Of a DNA stretch of 63,198 nucleotides, positions 9,105 through 18,206 are shown one piece after another. Each line of letters opens with the position of its first letter. Position 1 is the stretch's first letter. This stretch comes from a virus (Duplodnaviria; Caudoviricetes). The notes under the pieces were generated by a model that made no database searches, was not told the DNA's origin, and saw only the letters and a program-made list of their open reading frames with translations. The DNA is taken from the IMG/VR virus record IMGVR_UViG_3300037485_001078, positions 1-63,198 of that record; one strand, 5' to 3'. The translations under genes were made by a program, and so were the position numbers.

Positions 9105-9419
9105 TGAAACTAGACGAAATACCTTTTTCAGTCCGCGCACAAAACGCGTTCCAAATAGCTAACGTAAAAACCATCTCCGAGTTGTGTGACATGACCGTGA
9201 TGGATCTAATCAATATCCCCGGATGCGGAAAAAAAAACCATTTGGGAAATTAAAGACGTTCTTGAAACTCAAGGGCTACATTTAAAAAATGCATTTGTAA
9301 ATTATCCTTTGCTATCTCAAACCAAACCAATAAACGAGCCGCAGCTTTTATCGGAATTAAAAAGAATTGCGGCGGCATTAGAACGAGTAGAAATACGACT
9401 ACAATTATGGAAAAAATAA
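9104..9419 (+). pseudogene. RNA polymerase alpha-CTD-like gene frameshifted at an A9 tract
   Basis: FSVRAQNAF...TISEL...DLINIPGCGKK continues as TIWEIKDVLETQGL only if A9 (9229-9237) is read as A8. Confidence 0.75.
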
Positions 9420-9631
9420 AACACAAACGCGGAGACCTGAGCCCATGCGGCGAATTCAGGTTCTTCGGGTACCAGAAATACATCTCGAAAAAGACGGGCA
9501 AGCGCTGCGAGCGCTGGATACCAGCTCACAACTTTGATCGGTACAAGCAGGACGTCGAGGAACGCAACGCGCTTTCAAGCGCACGCGGCGACTACATCAG
9601 GAGCCAGCATGCCAAACTTAAAAAACAATGA
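9407..9631 (+). CDS. hypothetical protein with KxGD...F...ExW domain
   Basis: N-terminus resembles those of the ORFs at 12978 and 31843. Confidence 0.65.
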   Translation: MEKIKHKRGDLSPCGEFRFFGYQKYISKKTGKRCERWIPAHNFDRYKQDVEERNALSSARGDYIRSQHAKLKKQ

Positions 9632-9852
9632 ACACACCCATCTCACTCAAGGGACGCGCCGTCGATAGGCGATCCATCAACATCAGCGGAGTCGAACGTC
9701 AGGACTACCCAGACTTCTGCGACGCGTACATCTCGGAGGCTCAGTGGGCCAACGAAGGCACCGCGCTGAACGACGAGGAGCTCGAACAGCTCACCCAAGA
9801 GCAGTCGCAGCTAGTCAACGATCTATCGCAGCAGATCTTCATCGCCGCGTAG
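9628..9852 (+). CDS. conserved phage hypothetical protein
   Basis: DYPDFCDAYI motif; ATGA overlap with the upstream ORF. Confidence 0.7.
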   Translation: MNTPISLKGRAVDRRSINISGVERQDYPDFCDAYISEAQWANEGTALNDEELEQLTQEQSQLVNDLSQQIFIAA

Positions 9853-9854
9853 CC

Positions 9855-10103
9855 ATGACAACACCAGACACACAGAATCGAGAGGAGAGTCTCGTGGACG
9901 TGATCCGTTCGCTGGAGGCCAAGCTCTACGTCGCGGAGTGCGAGGCGCGTGAGAAGATCTCGGCGCGTCAGGACGCTCGTGAGTCATTGCTTCAGCGTGC
10001 AATACGAATTGCTGAGAATGCGATTGACGCTCATGCCTGTGGGTGCTCAGGATGCAAAGAGGATTTGCAAAACCTCAACAATCTCAAAGCCGAAATACGC
10101 TAA
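9855..10103 (+). CDS. hypothetical coiled-coil protein
   Basis: ATG 2 nt after the previous stop. Confidence 0.55.
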   Translation: MTTPDTQNREESLVDVIRSLEAKLYVAECEAREKISARQDARESLLQRAIRIAENAIDAHACGCSGCKEDLQNLNNLKAEIR

Positions 10104-10186
10104 TACAATTTGCCCCCGGTTGGGTTTCAACGAAGCAGCCGTTTCGTCGATCCAATCCCCCACAGCCGGGGGCATTCCCTTTATCA

Positions 10187-10294
10187 ATGAAACAGAAAAT
10201 CAAAGCCTCACTTCCGACGTGCGCCAAGTGCGGTAAAAAAGCACCTGTCAACGCGAAGAACGAGAAATGCATCGAGTGCGACAAATCGAAATGA
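10187..10294 (+). CDS. small Zn-finger-like protein
   Basis: CAKC...CIEC; ATGA overlap with the next ORF. Confidence 0.4.
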   Translation: MKQKIKASLPTCAKCGKKAPVNAKNEKCIECDKSK

Positions 10295-10752
10295 GCGACG
10301 ATAAATACAAACACGGATCAACGACCGCTGGCGGATGGATGGAAGAAAACGAGCCGACCGACACACCGCGAACGGATGCTTGCCCTTATTGTGGGTCTGA
10401 AAGTTACGTATCCAAAGATGCGTTCCACGATTCAGACGGCAACCCTCAATGGAGACGTATTACACGGTATGAGTGCGGTTCAACCGCAGGAAATAAAGCT
10501 ACGATATGTTTTGAGCGAGAGCATCGGAAGAAAGCAGAGGCCGAGGTCGAAAGGCTTCAGAACGGATTTCAAGGCTCATGCTATTGCTGTGAACCAGTAG
10601 GTATTCTGAACCAGAAGCTAGAGGTCGAGGTCGAGAGGCTGCGGCACTTATTAACAGAGGCCAGCTACCGAATCGCTGATCCAGCCTTCGTTGCAGAAAT
10701 TGAAGCAACCCTCAACCCATCTAACGAGGATTCCTCGGCACATCAATTATGA
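10291..10752 (+). CDS. hypothetical modular protein (TPRTDAC, CxxC, EVERL)
   Basis: ORF track; shares modules with its neighbours. Confidence 0.6.
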   Translation: MSDDKYKHGSTTAGGWMEENEPTDTPRTDACPYCGSESYVSKDAFHDSDGNPQWRRITRYECGSTAGNKATICFEREHRKKAEAEVERLQNGFQGSCYCCEPVGILNQKLEVEVERLRHLLTEASYRIADPAFVAEIEATLNPSNEDSSAHQL

Positions 10753-11075
10753 CAACCAACACACCATGCACTAATTCTGCGACTTTTGAGGTCAGGGCTA
10801 ACAACAGAGCCGTGCCAATCGACGTTGTTGCTGCCTCTTTTGCGGAAGGTCTTGAGCGAGAGCTAAACGCATCCAAGGCCGAGGTCGAGAGGCTGAAAAC
10901 CGTCAAGGATTATTGGGCTAACCTTTGGGCAGACTTAAGCCACGCAGCTATAAGTGATAATGTTCGATTGGAAAAGAGAGCCGAGAAATCAGAGGCCGAG
11001 GTCGAGAGGCTTCGGGCAATCATTGATGCGATGAACCTAGCTGTCCAAGCACTTCTCAACCCAACCGAAAAATGA
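10749..11075 (+). CDS. hypothetical coiled-coil protein (AEVERL x2)
   Basis: Paralogous to the ORF at 11499. Confidence 0.6.
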   Translation: MTTNTPCTNSATFEVRANNRAVPIDVVAASFAEGLERELNASKAEVERLKTVKDYWANLWADLSHAAISDNVRLEKRAEKSEAEVERLRAIIDAMNLAVQALLNPTEK

Positions 11076-11182
11076 GCGACTTACTATTATTCATCGCAGG
11101 AGAAGCATCCGCACTTCTGTTCTGTGTGGCACTAGCTTGGCTTATACTCCGATTTGAAAAATGGAACCGCACCAAAAAATGA
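11072..11182 (+). CDS. small membrane protein
   Basis: MSDLLLFIAGEASALLFCVALAWLILRF; ATGA overlaps at both ends. Confidence 0.45.
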   Translation: MSDLLLFIAGEASALLFCVALAWLILRFEKWNRTKK

Positions 11183-11379
11183 CAACCGACACACCACGCG
11201 CGGATGCCTGCCAAAAATGCAATGGATCTGGAACAAACGAGGTATGGGTGATCGACATTTATGAAACCCTACGATGCAACGAGTGCATGCCTCCAACAAA
11301 ATTAGAAAAGGCGCAAACAGCACTCTTTGTGCTGATACCCATTGCCGTTATTTTAACCATTTTAGCACTAACAAAATAA
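11179..11379 (+). CDS. small Zn-finger protein with C-terminal TM helix
   Basis: TPRADACQKC...CNEC; hydrophobic C-terminus. Confidence 0.5.
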   Translation: MTTDTPRADACQKCNGSGTNEVWVIDIYETLRCNECMPPTKLEKAQTALFVLIPIAVILTILALTK

Positions 11380-11453
11380 CAATGCGCGAAAACTTTCTGA
11401 CGGCAGCAGTCTTTGGGTTCGTCTCCATCGCCCAATACTTCAAAGACGAAATG

Positions 11454-11515
11454 AACAAATGACAAATAACTCAACGAGTTTAGCAAAACCCCAAACAAAT
11501 GACAAATAACTCAAC
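11454..11515 (+). repeat. 22-bp direct repeat duplicating a gene start
   Basis: AACAAATGACAAATAACTCAAC at 11454 and 11494. Confidence 0.85.
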
Positions 11516-11810
11516 AACACCGATACAACTCCTGCTGTCGCACATTGATGACTTGCAGAAAGAGCTGAAAGCATCTAAGGCGAATATTGAGATGATGAAT
11601 ATGGTGAAGCAATATTGGGCTAACCTTTGTGCAGATTTAAGACGCTCATCGGTCAGTGATTATGTGCGCTTGGAAAAACGAGCAGAGAAAGCAGAAGCCG
11701 AGGTCGAAAGGCTGACGAAACTCACCGAAGACTGCCTGAATGTCATCCGTGTCTACTGCCCGACTTATTACCAAGACGCTATGGAGCGTTTCAACAAAAC
11801 CAACAAATGA
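11499..11810 (+). CDS. hypothetical coiled-coil protein
   Basis: YWANL.ADL...RLEKRAEK.EAEVERL shared with the ORF at 10749. Confidence 0.6.
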   Translation: MTNNSTTPIQLLLSHIDDLQKELKASKANIEMMNMVKQYWANLCADLRRSSVSDYVRLEKRAEKAEAEVERLTKLTEDCLNVIRVYCPTYYQDAMERFNKTNK

Positions 11811-11835
11811 CCACAACCGCTCAAAATCCAACTAA

Positions 11836-12261
11836 ATGAATAAAAAAACCCTTAAAGGATGGAATAATATGCCAAACCGAGAAATATATGACAGGTTTTC
11901 AAGTATATCGTGTTCGCCCACACATATTAATAAATTATATCAGGAACTCGCTGCATCAAAGGCCGAGGTCGAGCGGCTGACGGAACAGCTAAATCGGGCC
12001 GTCGAGATACAAGAAGAGATGTGTACTGGATGCCGCGAACGCGAGGCCCATAAAAAAACCTGTGAGAATGCAGGGAGGGAAATTGCCAACTTAAAGGCCA
12101 TAGAACACAACCTCCTGCTCGATAAACACAACCTACATACAGAAAATGTCTGCCTCCAAGAGATCATCCAAGAACTCTACGAGTGGACACGCCGAGACTA
12201 CCCGACAGAGCAGGAAGTCCGTGAGATTATGACCCGATACCACGACCTAATAAACCTATAG
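11836..12261 (+). CDS. hypothetical coiled-coil protein
   Basis: ASKAEVERL and EIQEEMCTGCR modules. Confidence 0.6.
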   Translation: MNKKTLKGWNNMPNREIYDRFSSISCSPTHINKLYQELAASKAEVERLTEQLNRAVEIQEEMCTGCREREAHKKTCENAGREIANLKAIEHNLLLDKHNLHTENVCLQEIIQELYEWTRRDYPTEQEVREIMTRYHDLINL

Positions 12262-12278
12262 CAAAACACACCCAAAAC

Positions 12279-12545
12279 ATGAATAACCACCTACAAATGA
12301 CTAAAGAAAACTTACATGAAATCCTTCGGCAGACTTGGAATAGAGAGATTTCCGCAGATGAAGCTCTCGAGCTTCTGGAAGACACTATATCAGAGGTAAC
12401 GGAATCCACCGACAAAGTTGAGATTTTGACTGCACGGCTCAAGCGATCCATTGAGATTCAAGATGAAATGTGTACTGGTTGCCGTTGCTACCACTGCGAC
12501 GATTTGCGAATGGAACTAGCGACCCTAAACCCAACCAACAGATGA
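12279..12545 (+). CDS. hypothetical protein
   Basis: EIQDEMCTGCR module shared with the ORF at 11836. Confidence 0.6.
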   Translation: MNNHLQMTKENLHEILRQTWNREISADEALELLEDTISEVTESTDKVEILTARLKRSIEIQDEMCTGCRCYHCDDLRMELATLNPTNR

Positions 12546-12557
12546 AAAAGTTAAATT

Positions 12558-12728
12558 ATGAAGATAAAACTAGAACTAACCGCTGATCAGGAAGTGGGGA
12601 TCGTTGCCAATAGCCTGCAAGAGGCATTTGATAACACCTACGGATTAAACTGCGAGCGCGATGTGTGTGAGCTTCAGGAAGCCATACGCGTCGTGTTTCA
12701 TTACTACACAGGGGAAGCAATCGAATGA
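12558..12728 (+). CDS. hypothetical protein (56 aa, below the ORF-track cutoff)
   Basis: MKIKLELTADQEVGIV...; ATGA overlap with the next ORF. Confidence 0.55.
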   Translation: MKIKLELTADQEVGIVANSLQEAFDNTYGLNCERDVCELQEAIRVVFHYYTGEAIE

Positions 12729-12931
12729 AAGCAACACTACAATTCAACCTGCCAGAAGAGCAGCCAGAGCACCTCGCGGCCATCCATGGAATGGACTGGA
12801 AGCTCGTAGCTTGGCGCTTGAACGAGTTCCTTCACCGATGCAGGAAAGACGATATCAATGCTTCGGTGCAGCAGATCTCGGATCACCTGCACGACACGAT
12901 CGAGACGCTTGGCTTGTCTTTGGAGGACTGA
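12725..12931 (+). CDS. conserved phage hypothetical protein
   Basis: MKATLQFNLPEE...GMDW motif. Confidence 0.7.
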   Translation: MKATLQFNLPEEQPEHLAAIHGMDWKLVAWRLNEFLHRCRKDDINASVQQISDHLHDTIETLGLSLED

Positions 12932-12977
12932 AAAATAGTGGTTGCAAAGTTGCGAAAAGTTGACTTATAGTAGTTGC

Positions 12978-13391
12978 ATGACAACTACCAACAAATCAAA
13001 ACGGCTGCACAAGCAGGGCGACATTCGGGAAGACGGAAAAATATTTTTCAAATATAGTGCGCGTATGGACGGCGCTCTTACGGAGCATTGGGTATCGACA
13101 AAGTACTTTGAAGAATACAAAAAGTACGGCGAAAAATGGCGGAAACAAAACAAAGGACTCATCCTGAGATACGGTGAGATTCGGAAAGAAACAAATTCTC
13201 GGTTGAAGAAAGGGAGAATCAAATTGGAGATATCATCCGAAAGATTACGGCCTGATGACACAAGTAAGTCGGGAATTAAACGTAGTCAAAAGAAGGCAGA
13301 GCTTCAGGCTTATCGACAACAATGTGAAGAAGCAGCCAAGCAAAATCCGTTGAAAGCGACGAATAATTTGGCACCAGAATGGAATCTGTAA
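12978..13391 (+). CDS. basic protein with KxGD.R.DG..F...ExW domain
   Basis: TTGCAA-18-TATAGT about 6 nt upstream of the ATG; shares a domain with 9407 and 31843. Confidence 0.6.
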   Translation: MTTTNKSKRLHKQGDIREDGKIFFKYSARMDGALTEHWVSTKYFEEYKKYGEKWRKQNKGLILRYGEIRKETNSRLKKGRIKLEISSERLRPDDTSKSGIKRSQKKAELQAYRQQCEEAAKQNPLKATNNLAPEWNL

Positions 13392-14526
13392 AGCTAAACG
13401 TGTAAGTAAATACATATTACATTGATTCAATGATTCAATGATTCAGTGCATCAAAGTAATATCAATTAGCCCGCGTAGTTAAGTGGGAGTGGGGTAGAAA
13501 TAAATGGAAAAATAAAGTCCACTACAGCTAAGTAATTAATTGACAAGCAATTACGAGCGAAGAAGTGGAGAAGTGTAGAAGTGCGTAAAAAAAAAACCTC
13601 GGCGGCGGCGGCGGCGCGGCGGCGGCGGCGTCTCTTACCACTACTACTTTCTCAACAATATATATAAATATACTCCACTTCTCCACTTCCACTGGCTGTT
13701 GGGCCTGTGTCTATGCGGCTGCGCGGCGAAGTGGAGATCGTTTTTTCAAGTCCACTTTACCCCACTTCCCTCTGTACAACCCCACTTCGCTGACGCGTAA
13801 CTCTGGTGCTCGTCTCCTTTGTACCAGTGTTACGGGGTTTGGTGTCGCAGGGTAACAGAGTAAACCTCACGGCTCGTCTCTATTGACCTCGCAAAATGCG
13901 ATACCAAACGCTTTCTCTGATCGCGTCGACCCCTTGTGTGCCTCGTTGCCGCTCCGCTATGGCACCTAGCGATCGTTATCAGTGTCGTCCTGCTACATCG
14001 TCGCAATGATGCTTTGCAAACTCGATAGCGGGGCTTTAAACGCTTTCGGTATTCAGGCTGAGATATTAAGTTAGTTATATGTTGCATTGTTGCATTGAAT
14101 CGGTGATGCATTGTTGCGGCTCCTAACACTACGTTAATGAATTACCGATGTAATGAGTAGTCTTCTCCGCGCTTCGGTAACAGAGTACGAACCTGATAAC
14201 CCGCTATAACATCAGATAACCTTCGTCATCGATACTTCTCCAGTATCGGTACCACTACATCACCACTTACTACCTAAGTGCATCATTGATACATGGTTAC
14301 CTATGTCAGTGCACCATGCCATCGACGACTCGGATGCTGGCTGGCCGCTCGATCGGGACGGGGGGTGGGGGGAGGAGGAGGGGGGTGGGTGGGTAGGGGG
14401 AGGAGGGGACGCGGCCCGCCCGCCGCCCGCCACCCTCAAAAAGGGAGGTGGCCAAATTTTTAGAAATATTTTTTTTAGATTGCGTTGTCGTACCTATTCG
14501 ACATAGGGTCTCCAACTGCTATCCCC
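13392..14526. other. large non-coding region; candidate replication origin and/or packaging site
   Basis: No credible ORF; AAGTGG/CCACTT iterons, GGC run, AT-rich patch and G-tracts; directly upstream of terS. Confidence 0.5.
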
Positions 14527-15087
14527 ATGCCAGTCTTAGAAAACCTCACACACGAACGATTCTGCTCCCTCATCGCCGAGACGGGCGATACGGCGGCTGT
14601 TGCATACGGAAAGGTCAACCCGACCGCCAAGGCCCCAAAGGTCTACGCGAGCAACTTGATAAAACGAGCGGACATCATGTCCCGCATCGCCGAGATCCGC
14701 ACCGAGGTCGCCACCCGTAGCGTCGCCGTCATTGGACGCAAGCGGGAGCTCCTACGTCTCATGATCGAGGGGGCGGTTCCTACCAAGGTCGTCAACCGAG
14801 CCAACGGGGTGGAGGAGACCTACGACAAGCTGGCGGCTATAGCGCTCGACGCAAAACTCGCCGGGGAGCTCTCGGACAACATTCACCTCACGGCGAACAG
14901 CGAGCTGAAACTGAACTTCACGGTTCGTGACCGCGATAGCAAAACCATCGATGGATCAGGCGTCATGGACGCTGTACTCATTCCAGACGCAAACGACGAG
15001 CCGCTAGCGCTTCCTGAGCCAGAGCCCGACGTCCAGTTTGCCCACCTCGTAGATGACGACCCAACAGCCGAAGACACCAGCGCGTAA
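14527..15087 (+). CDS. terS: terminase small subunit
   Basis: MPVLEN.THERF...AY...ASNL...RIAEI HTH-like N-terminus; precedes terL. Confidence 0.7.
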   Translation: MPVLENLTHERFCSLIAETGDTAAVAYGKVNPTAKAPKVYASNLIKRADIMSRIAEIRTEVATRSVAVIGRKRELLRLMIEGAVPTKVVNRANGVEETYDKLAAIALDAKLAGELSDNIHLTANSELKLNFTVRDRDSKTIDGSGVMDAVLIPDANDEPLALPEPEPDVQFAHLVDDDPTAEDTSA

Positions 15088-16939
15088 CGTAAGTCACGCT
15101 CTCAAGCTCGCGGAGGAGATCCGCAAGCAAGTTGATAGGGACGAGGAGAGGGGTATCCTCTACGGCGCTAGCCATATCCTGCGTCACGCTACGGCAAACG
15201 CCAACAACGTCGTCCTCGACATCCCCAAGGCAAAGGCCGTCGTGCTACAATTCGTGCAGCACCTGCTCGACAAGAATCAGTTCGAGGCCGCAGCCACGAT
15301 CCTATGGGGGTCGGAGGTGTACGACTGGAGACCAGAGTCGGCGCGAGACACGTGGCGCTGTCTTTTTAAGTACGACAAGCTCCTCATTCAGGGAGCTGGA
15401 GCCATGGGCAAGTCGTTCAACGGAGCGGCGTGGTTCTACCTAGATTGGCTCAGAGATCCTTTCTACACATGCATCAAGGTCATCAGTCTTACCCGCGAGC
15501 ACGCGGAGCGAAACATCTACGCGCATATCAAAAATTTCCACAGGTCGGCGCTTGTCAAGCCAGAGTTCCCGAAGGGCGAGGCGCTAGTCACATCGATTCA
15601 GGCCAACGAAGATTCCAAGCAAGGCATTCACCTAGTAGCAATTCCTCGTGGAGACAGCGGAGCTGGGACGCTGCGCGGATTCCACCCAGCACCGCGTTTC
15701 GGAAAGGCGCACCCAAGGTACGGACGCCTGTCTCGGATCAGGGTTGTCTTGGATGAGGCGGAGGAGATACCGGGCGGGGTGTGGGAGGGCGTCAACAACA
15801 TCGCATCGTCCATGGACGACGAGCACTTCGCTGGGCACATCAAAATTCTCGGCGCGTCAAACCCGAAGGACAGGACTAGCGACTTCGGGGCACGCTGCGA
15901 GCCCAAGAGCGGATGGGGAAGCGTTGACTGCGAGGACGACTTCGAGTGGACGAGCCGCGACGGCTTCAGGGTACTTCGCGTCGATGCGTCAAAGTGCGAG
16001 AACGTCATGGAAAAGAAGATCGTCTACGCGGGTCTCCAGACGTACGACGGATTCATGAACTACGCGAATCGTGGTCAAACGGCGGAGTACTTCACCATGG
16101 CAAGGGGTTGGTTCCCAGAGGAGGGCATAGCGATGGCCGTAATGACCCCATCGATGCTCGACAATGCTCTAGGACTCGTCCGATTCATTGGCCCTGTAGT
16201 TCCCCTCGCCGCGTTCGATCTAGCGCTTGAGGGCAACGACAGCGTCGTTTGCAGCTATGGTAGGTTCGGCTTGTCGGACGGCTACACTCCGCAGTCTGGA
16301 AAGTTCATCCCATACGATAGCCCAAGGACGGTTCTTCAACTCGACTCACAGATCACATTCCCAAAACGCGCCACACTCGAACAGACGACCGCGATCATCA
16401 AGTTCTGCCAGCAGATGAAGATCAATCCCAACTGGCTATGTGTCGATCGAACTGGAAACGGATCAGGAATTCACGACGGCCTATGCACGCTCTTCGGGGA
16501 GGAGGTCATGGGCGTCAACTACTCGTGGGCGGCTACCGATTCGCGCATCCTTGGAGACGACTCGCAGCAGGCCAACGAGCTGTACAGCGGCGTCGTCACC
16601 GAGCTACTCTTCGGCCTCGCAAAGTACATCGAGTTTGGATACCTGAAGATCTCGCCCGGGTTCCGAACCGAGGATCTCATTCGTCAGGCCACGGGGAGGA
16701 GGTACAAGCAGAAGGGAAAGGGACTCGTGCGGGTGGAAGCAAAGGCGGAGTTCGTAAAGCGCACCCGAAGCAAGTCTCCAGATGCCTTGGATTCACTCTC
16801 CCTCCTCGTCTACCTCATGCGTCAGCGATCAGGCGTCTCCGCCGAGATGGTCACCGACAAGCCCAAGGAGAAGAGGGTGAGGGAGCGCCGACTAGAGAGT
16901 TTAGTGGATGCAATGTCTTTTGTTGACATGTCGGAATGA
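15053..16939 (+). CDS. terL: terminase large subunit
   Basis: Walker A GAGAMGKS; Walker B VVLDEAEE; nuclease motifs FDLA.EG.D and SPDALD. Confidence 0.85.
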   Translation: MTTQQPKTPARNVSHALKLAEEIRKQVDRDEERGILYGASHILRHATANANNVVLDIPKAKAVVLQFVQHLLDKNQFEAAATILWGSEVYDWRPESARDTWRCLFKYDKLLIQGAGAMGKSFNGAAWFYLDWLRDPFYTCIKVISLTREHAERNIYAHIKNFHRSALVKPEFPKGEALVTSIQANEDSKQGIHLVAIPRGDSGAGTLRGFHPAPRFGKAHPRYGRLSRIRVVLDEAEEIPGGVWEGVNNIASSMDDEHFAGHIKILGASNPKDRTSDFGARCEPKSGWGSVDCEDDFEWTSRDGFRVLRVDASKCENVMEKKIVYAGLQTYDGFMNYANRGQTAEYFTMARGWFPEEGIAMAVMTPSMLDNALGLVRFIGPVVPLAAFDLALEGNDSVVCSYGRFGLSDGYTPQSGKFIPYDSPRTVLQLDSQITFPKRATLEQTTAIIKFCQQMKINPNWLCVDRTGNGSGIHDGLCTLFGEEVMGVNYSWAATDSRILGDDSQQANELYSGVVTELLFGLAKYIEFGYLKISPGFRTEDLIRQATGRRYKQKGKGLVRVEAKAEFVKRTRSKSPDALDSLSLLVYLMRQRSGVSAEMVTDKPKEKRVRERRLESLVDAMSFVDMSE

Positions 16940-16962
16940 CAACGATACTTTCCAACCAGCAA

Positions 16963-17011
16963 ACCGAGTGGGCCTCTGCACATGCAAGCTATCTCTCACT
17001 CGGTCTTTTTT
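16963..17011 (+). terminator. possible terminator
   Basis: ACCGAGTG/CACTCGGT stem with a large loop, then T6. Confidence 0.4.
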
Positions 17012-17013
17012 GT

Positions 17014-17087
17014 CGCGCGGTAGTGAAGGAGCCTCACGTTGCTCTCATACGGCAGAAACTCTGGTGCAACTCCAGACCGCGCCACCA
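17014..17087 (+). tRNA. tRNA-Met(CAT), atypical
   Basis: GCGCGG/CCGCGC acceptor stem, CTCATAC anticodon loop, TCTGG/CCAGA T-stem, encoded CCA. Confidence 0.8.
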
Positions 17088-17136
17088 AAATAAAAAAGTG
17101 TTGTAAAAATCAATGGGCATTGAGTATTGTCTAATC

Positions 17137-17658
17137 ATGAAGACAATATACGACATAAAGAAGACAGTTAAAAACGCTCGGTACATCTATGCGCTCACCG
17201 AACCAATACATCCTAAAGCAAATTTTCGGGGTTTTTACCCGCTACATCGGATTGTAATTGAAAATTATCTTGGACGAAAGTTGAAGTCCTCAGAAATCGT
17301 ACACCACAAGGATGAAAACAAATTAAACAATGAATTGTCTAATTTAGAAGTGTTGACTCAATCCAGCCACGGGAAATTGCACCACCCCAAAAATCCCGAA
17401 GAAAACGTGAAGTGTGATTTTTGCGGGTTAATCTTTCATTTAAAAACAAGCGTTCTACGGCACCGAAAAAAAGAATACAAAACAAATTCGTGCTCAAAAA
17501 AATGCCAATACTCTCTACAGGTAAAAACAAAATTTAAAATTTTACTGCCTAAAATACAAAAACTTCGAGACAATGGGTTGTCGTATTCCGAGATACAAAA
17601 ATTACTAGGTGTCCCTAAAGGATCCATCACGTACCTTTTGAATTATAGGAAAACTTAA
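17137..17658 (+). CDS. HNH homing endonuclease with C-terminal HTH
   Basis: HRIVIE..LGR.L...EIVHHKDENKLNN..SNL; AT-rich. Confidence 0.85.
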   Translation: MKTIYDIKKTVKNARYIYALTEPIHPKANFRGFYPLHRIVIENYLGRKLKSSEIVHHKDENKLNNELSNLEVLTQSSHGKLHHPKNPEENVKCDFCGLIFHLKTSVLRHRKKEYKTNSCSKKCQYSLQVKTKFKILLPKIQKLRDNGLSYSEIQKLLGVPKGSITYLLNYRKT

Positions 17659-17667
17659 ACACAATTT

Positions 17668-17741
17668 TACCCTTTGGTGTAACGGTAGCACAGGTGACTT
17701 TGACTCATCTAGTCATGGTTCAAATCCATGAGGGGTAGCCA
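17668..17741 (+). tRNA. tRNA-Gln(TTG)
   Basis: Canonical cloverleaf, CTTTGAC loop, GGTTCAAATCC, CCA end. Confidence 0.92.
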
Positions 17742-17790
17742 AAACATTTTTACTTGCACAGCAACTTGCAGTGCATTACAACGGCGTCTT

Positions 17791-17931
17791 ATGGGATTAT
17801 ATTCTAACATCAACGCTAAGAAGAAACGCATCAAAGCGGGAAGCGGAGAACGCATGAGGAAGGTCGGTTCCACTGGAGCCCCAACCGCAAAGGCATTCAA
17901 GCAATCCGCCAAGACAGCAAAAAAGCGATAA
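17791..17931 (+). CDS. small basic conserved phage protein
   Basis: GLYSNINAKKKRIKAGSGERMRK.G..GAPTAKAF motif. Confidence 0.75.
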   Translation: MGLYSNINAKKKRIKAGSGERMRKVGSTGAPTAKAFKQSAKTAKKR

Positions 17932-18173
17932 TGGAAAAGCGATTCACCAAGATCGTAAAGAACGAGAAGACTGGCAGGACTAAGACGATTAAGTTCGGTC
18001 AGGCTGGTAGGGATTCTGAGGGCAAGGATCGCATCAAGCCGGGAACCCCCAAGGGTGACGCTTATTGTGCAAGGTCTAACAAGATCAAGGGAGACTGGAG
18101 GGATGACCCCAACTCGCCCAACAATTTGAGCCGCCGCAAGTGGAAGTGCATCGGCGGTCGCAGCAAGCGGTAA
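17931..18173 (+). CDS. small basic conserved phage protein
   Basis: YCARS...DPNSPNNLSRRKWKC motif. Confidence 0.75.
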   Translation: MEKRFTKIVKNEKTGRTKTIKFGQAGRDSEGKDRIKPGTPKGDAYCARSNKIKGDWRDDPNSPNNLSRRKWKCIGGRSKR

Positions 18174-18206
18174 TTGCCGATCCTTTTGCCGATCCTTTTG
18201 CCGATC
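18174..18206 (+). repeat. 12-bp tandem repeat (about 3 copies)
   Basis: TTGCCGATCCTT repeated. Confidence 0.85.

Noticed and set aside
13830-14515. ORFs in the large intergenic region
   Set aside because: Low-complexity translations with no typical start context.
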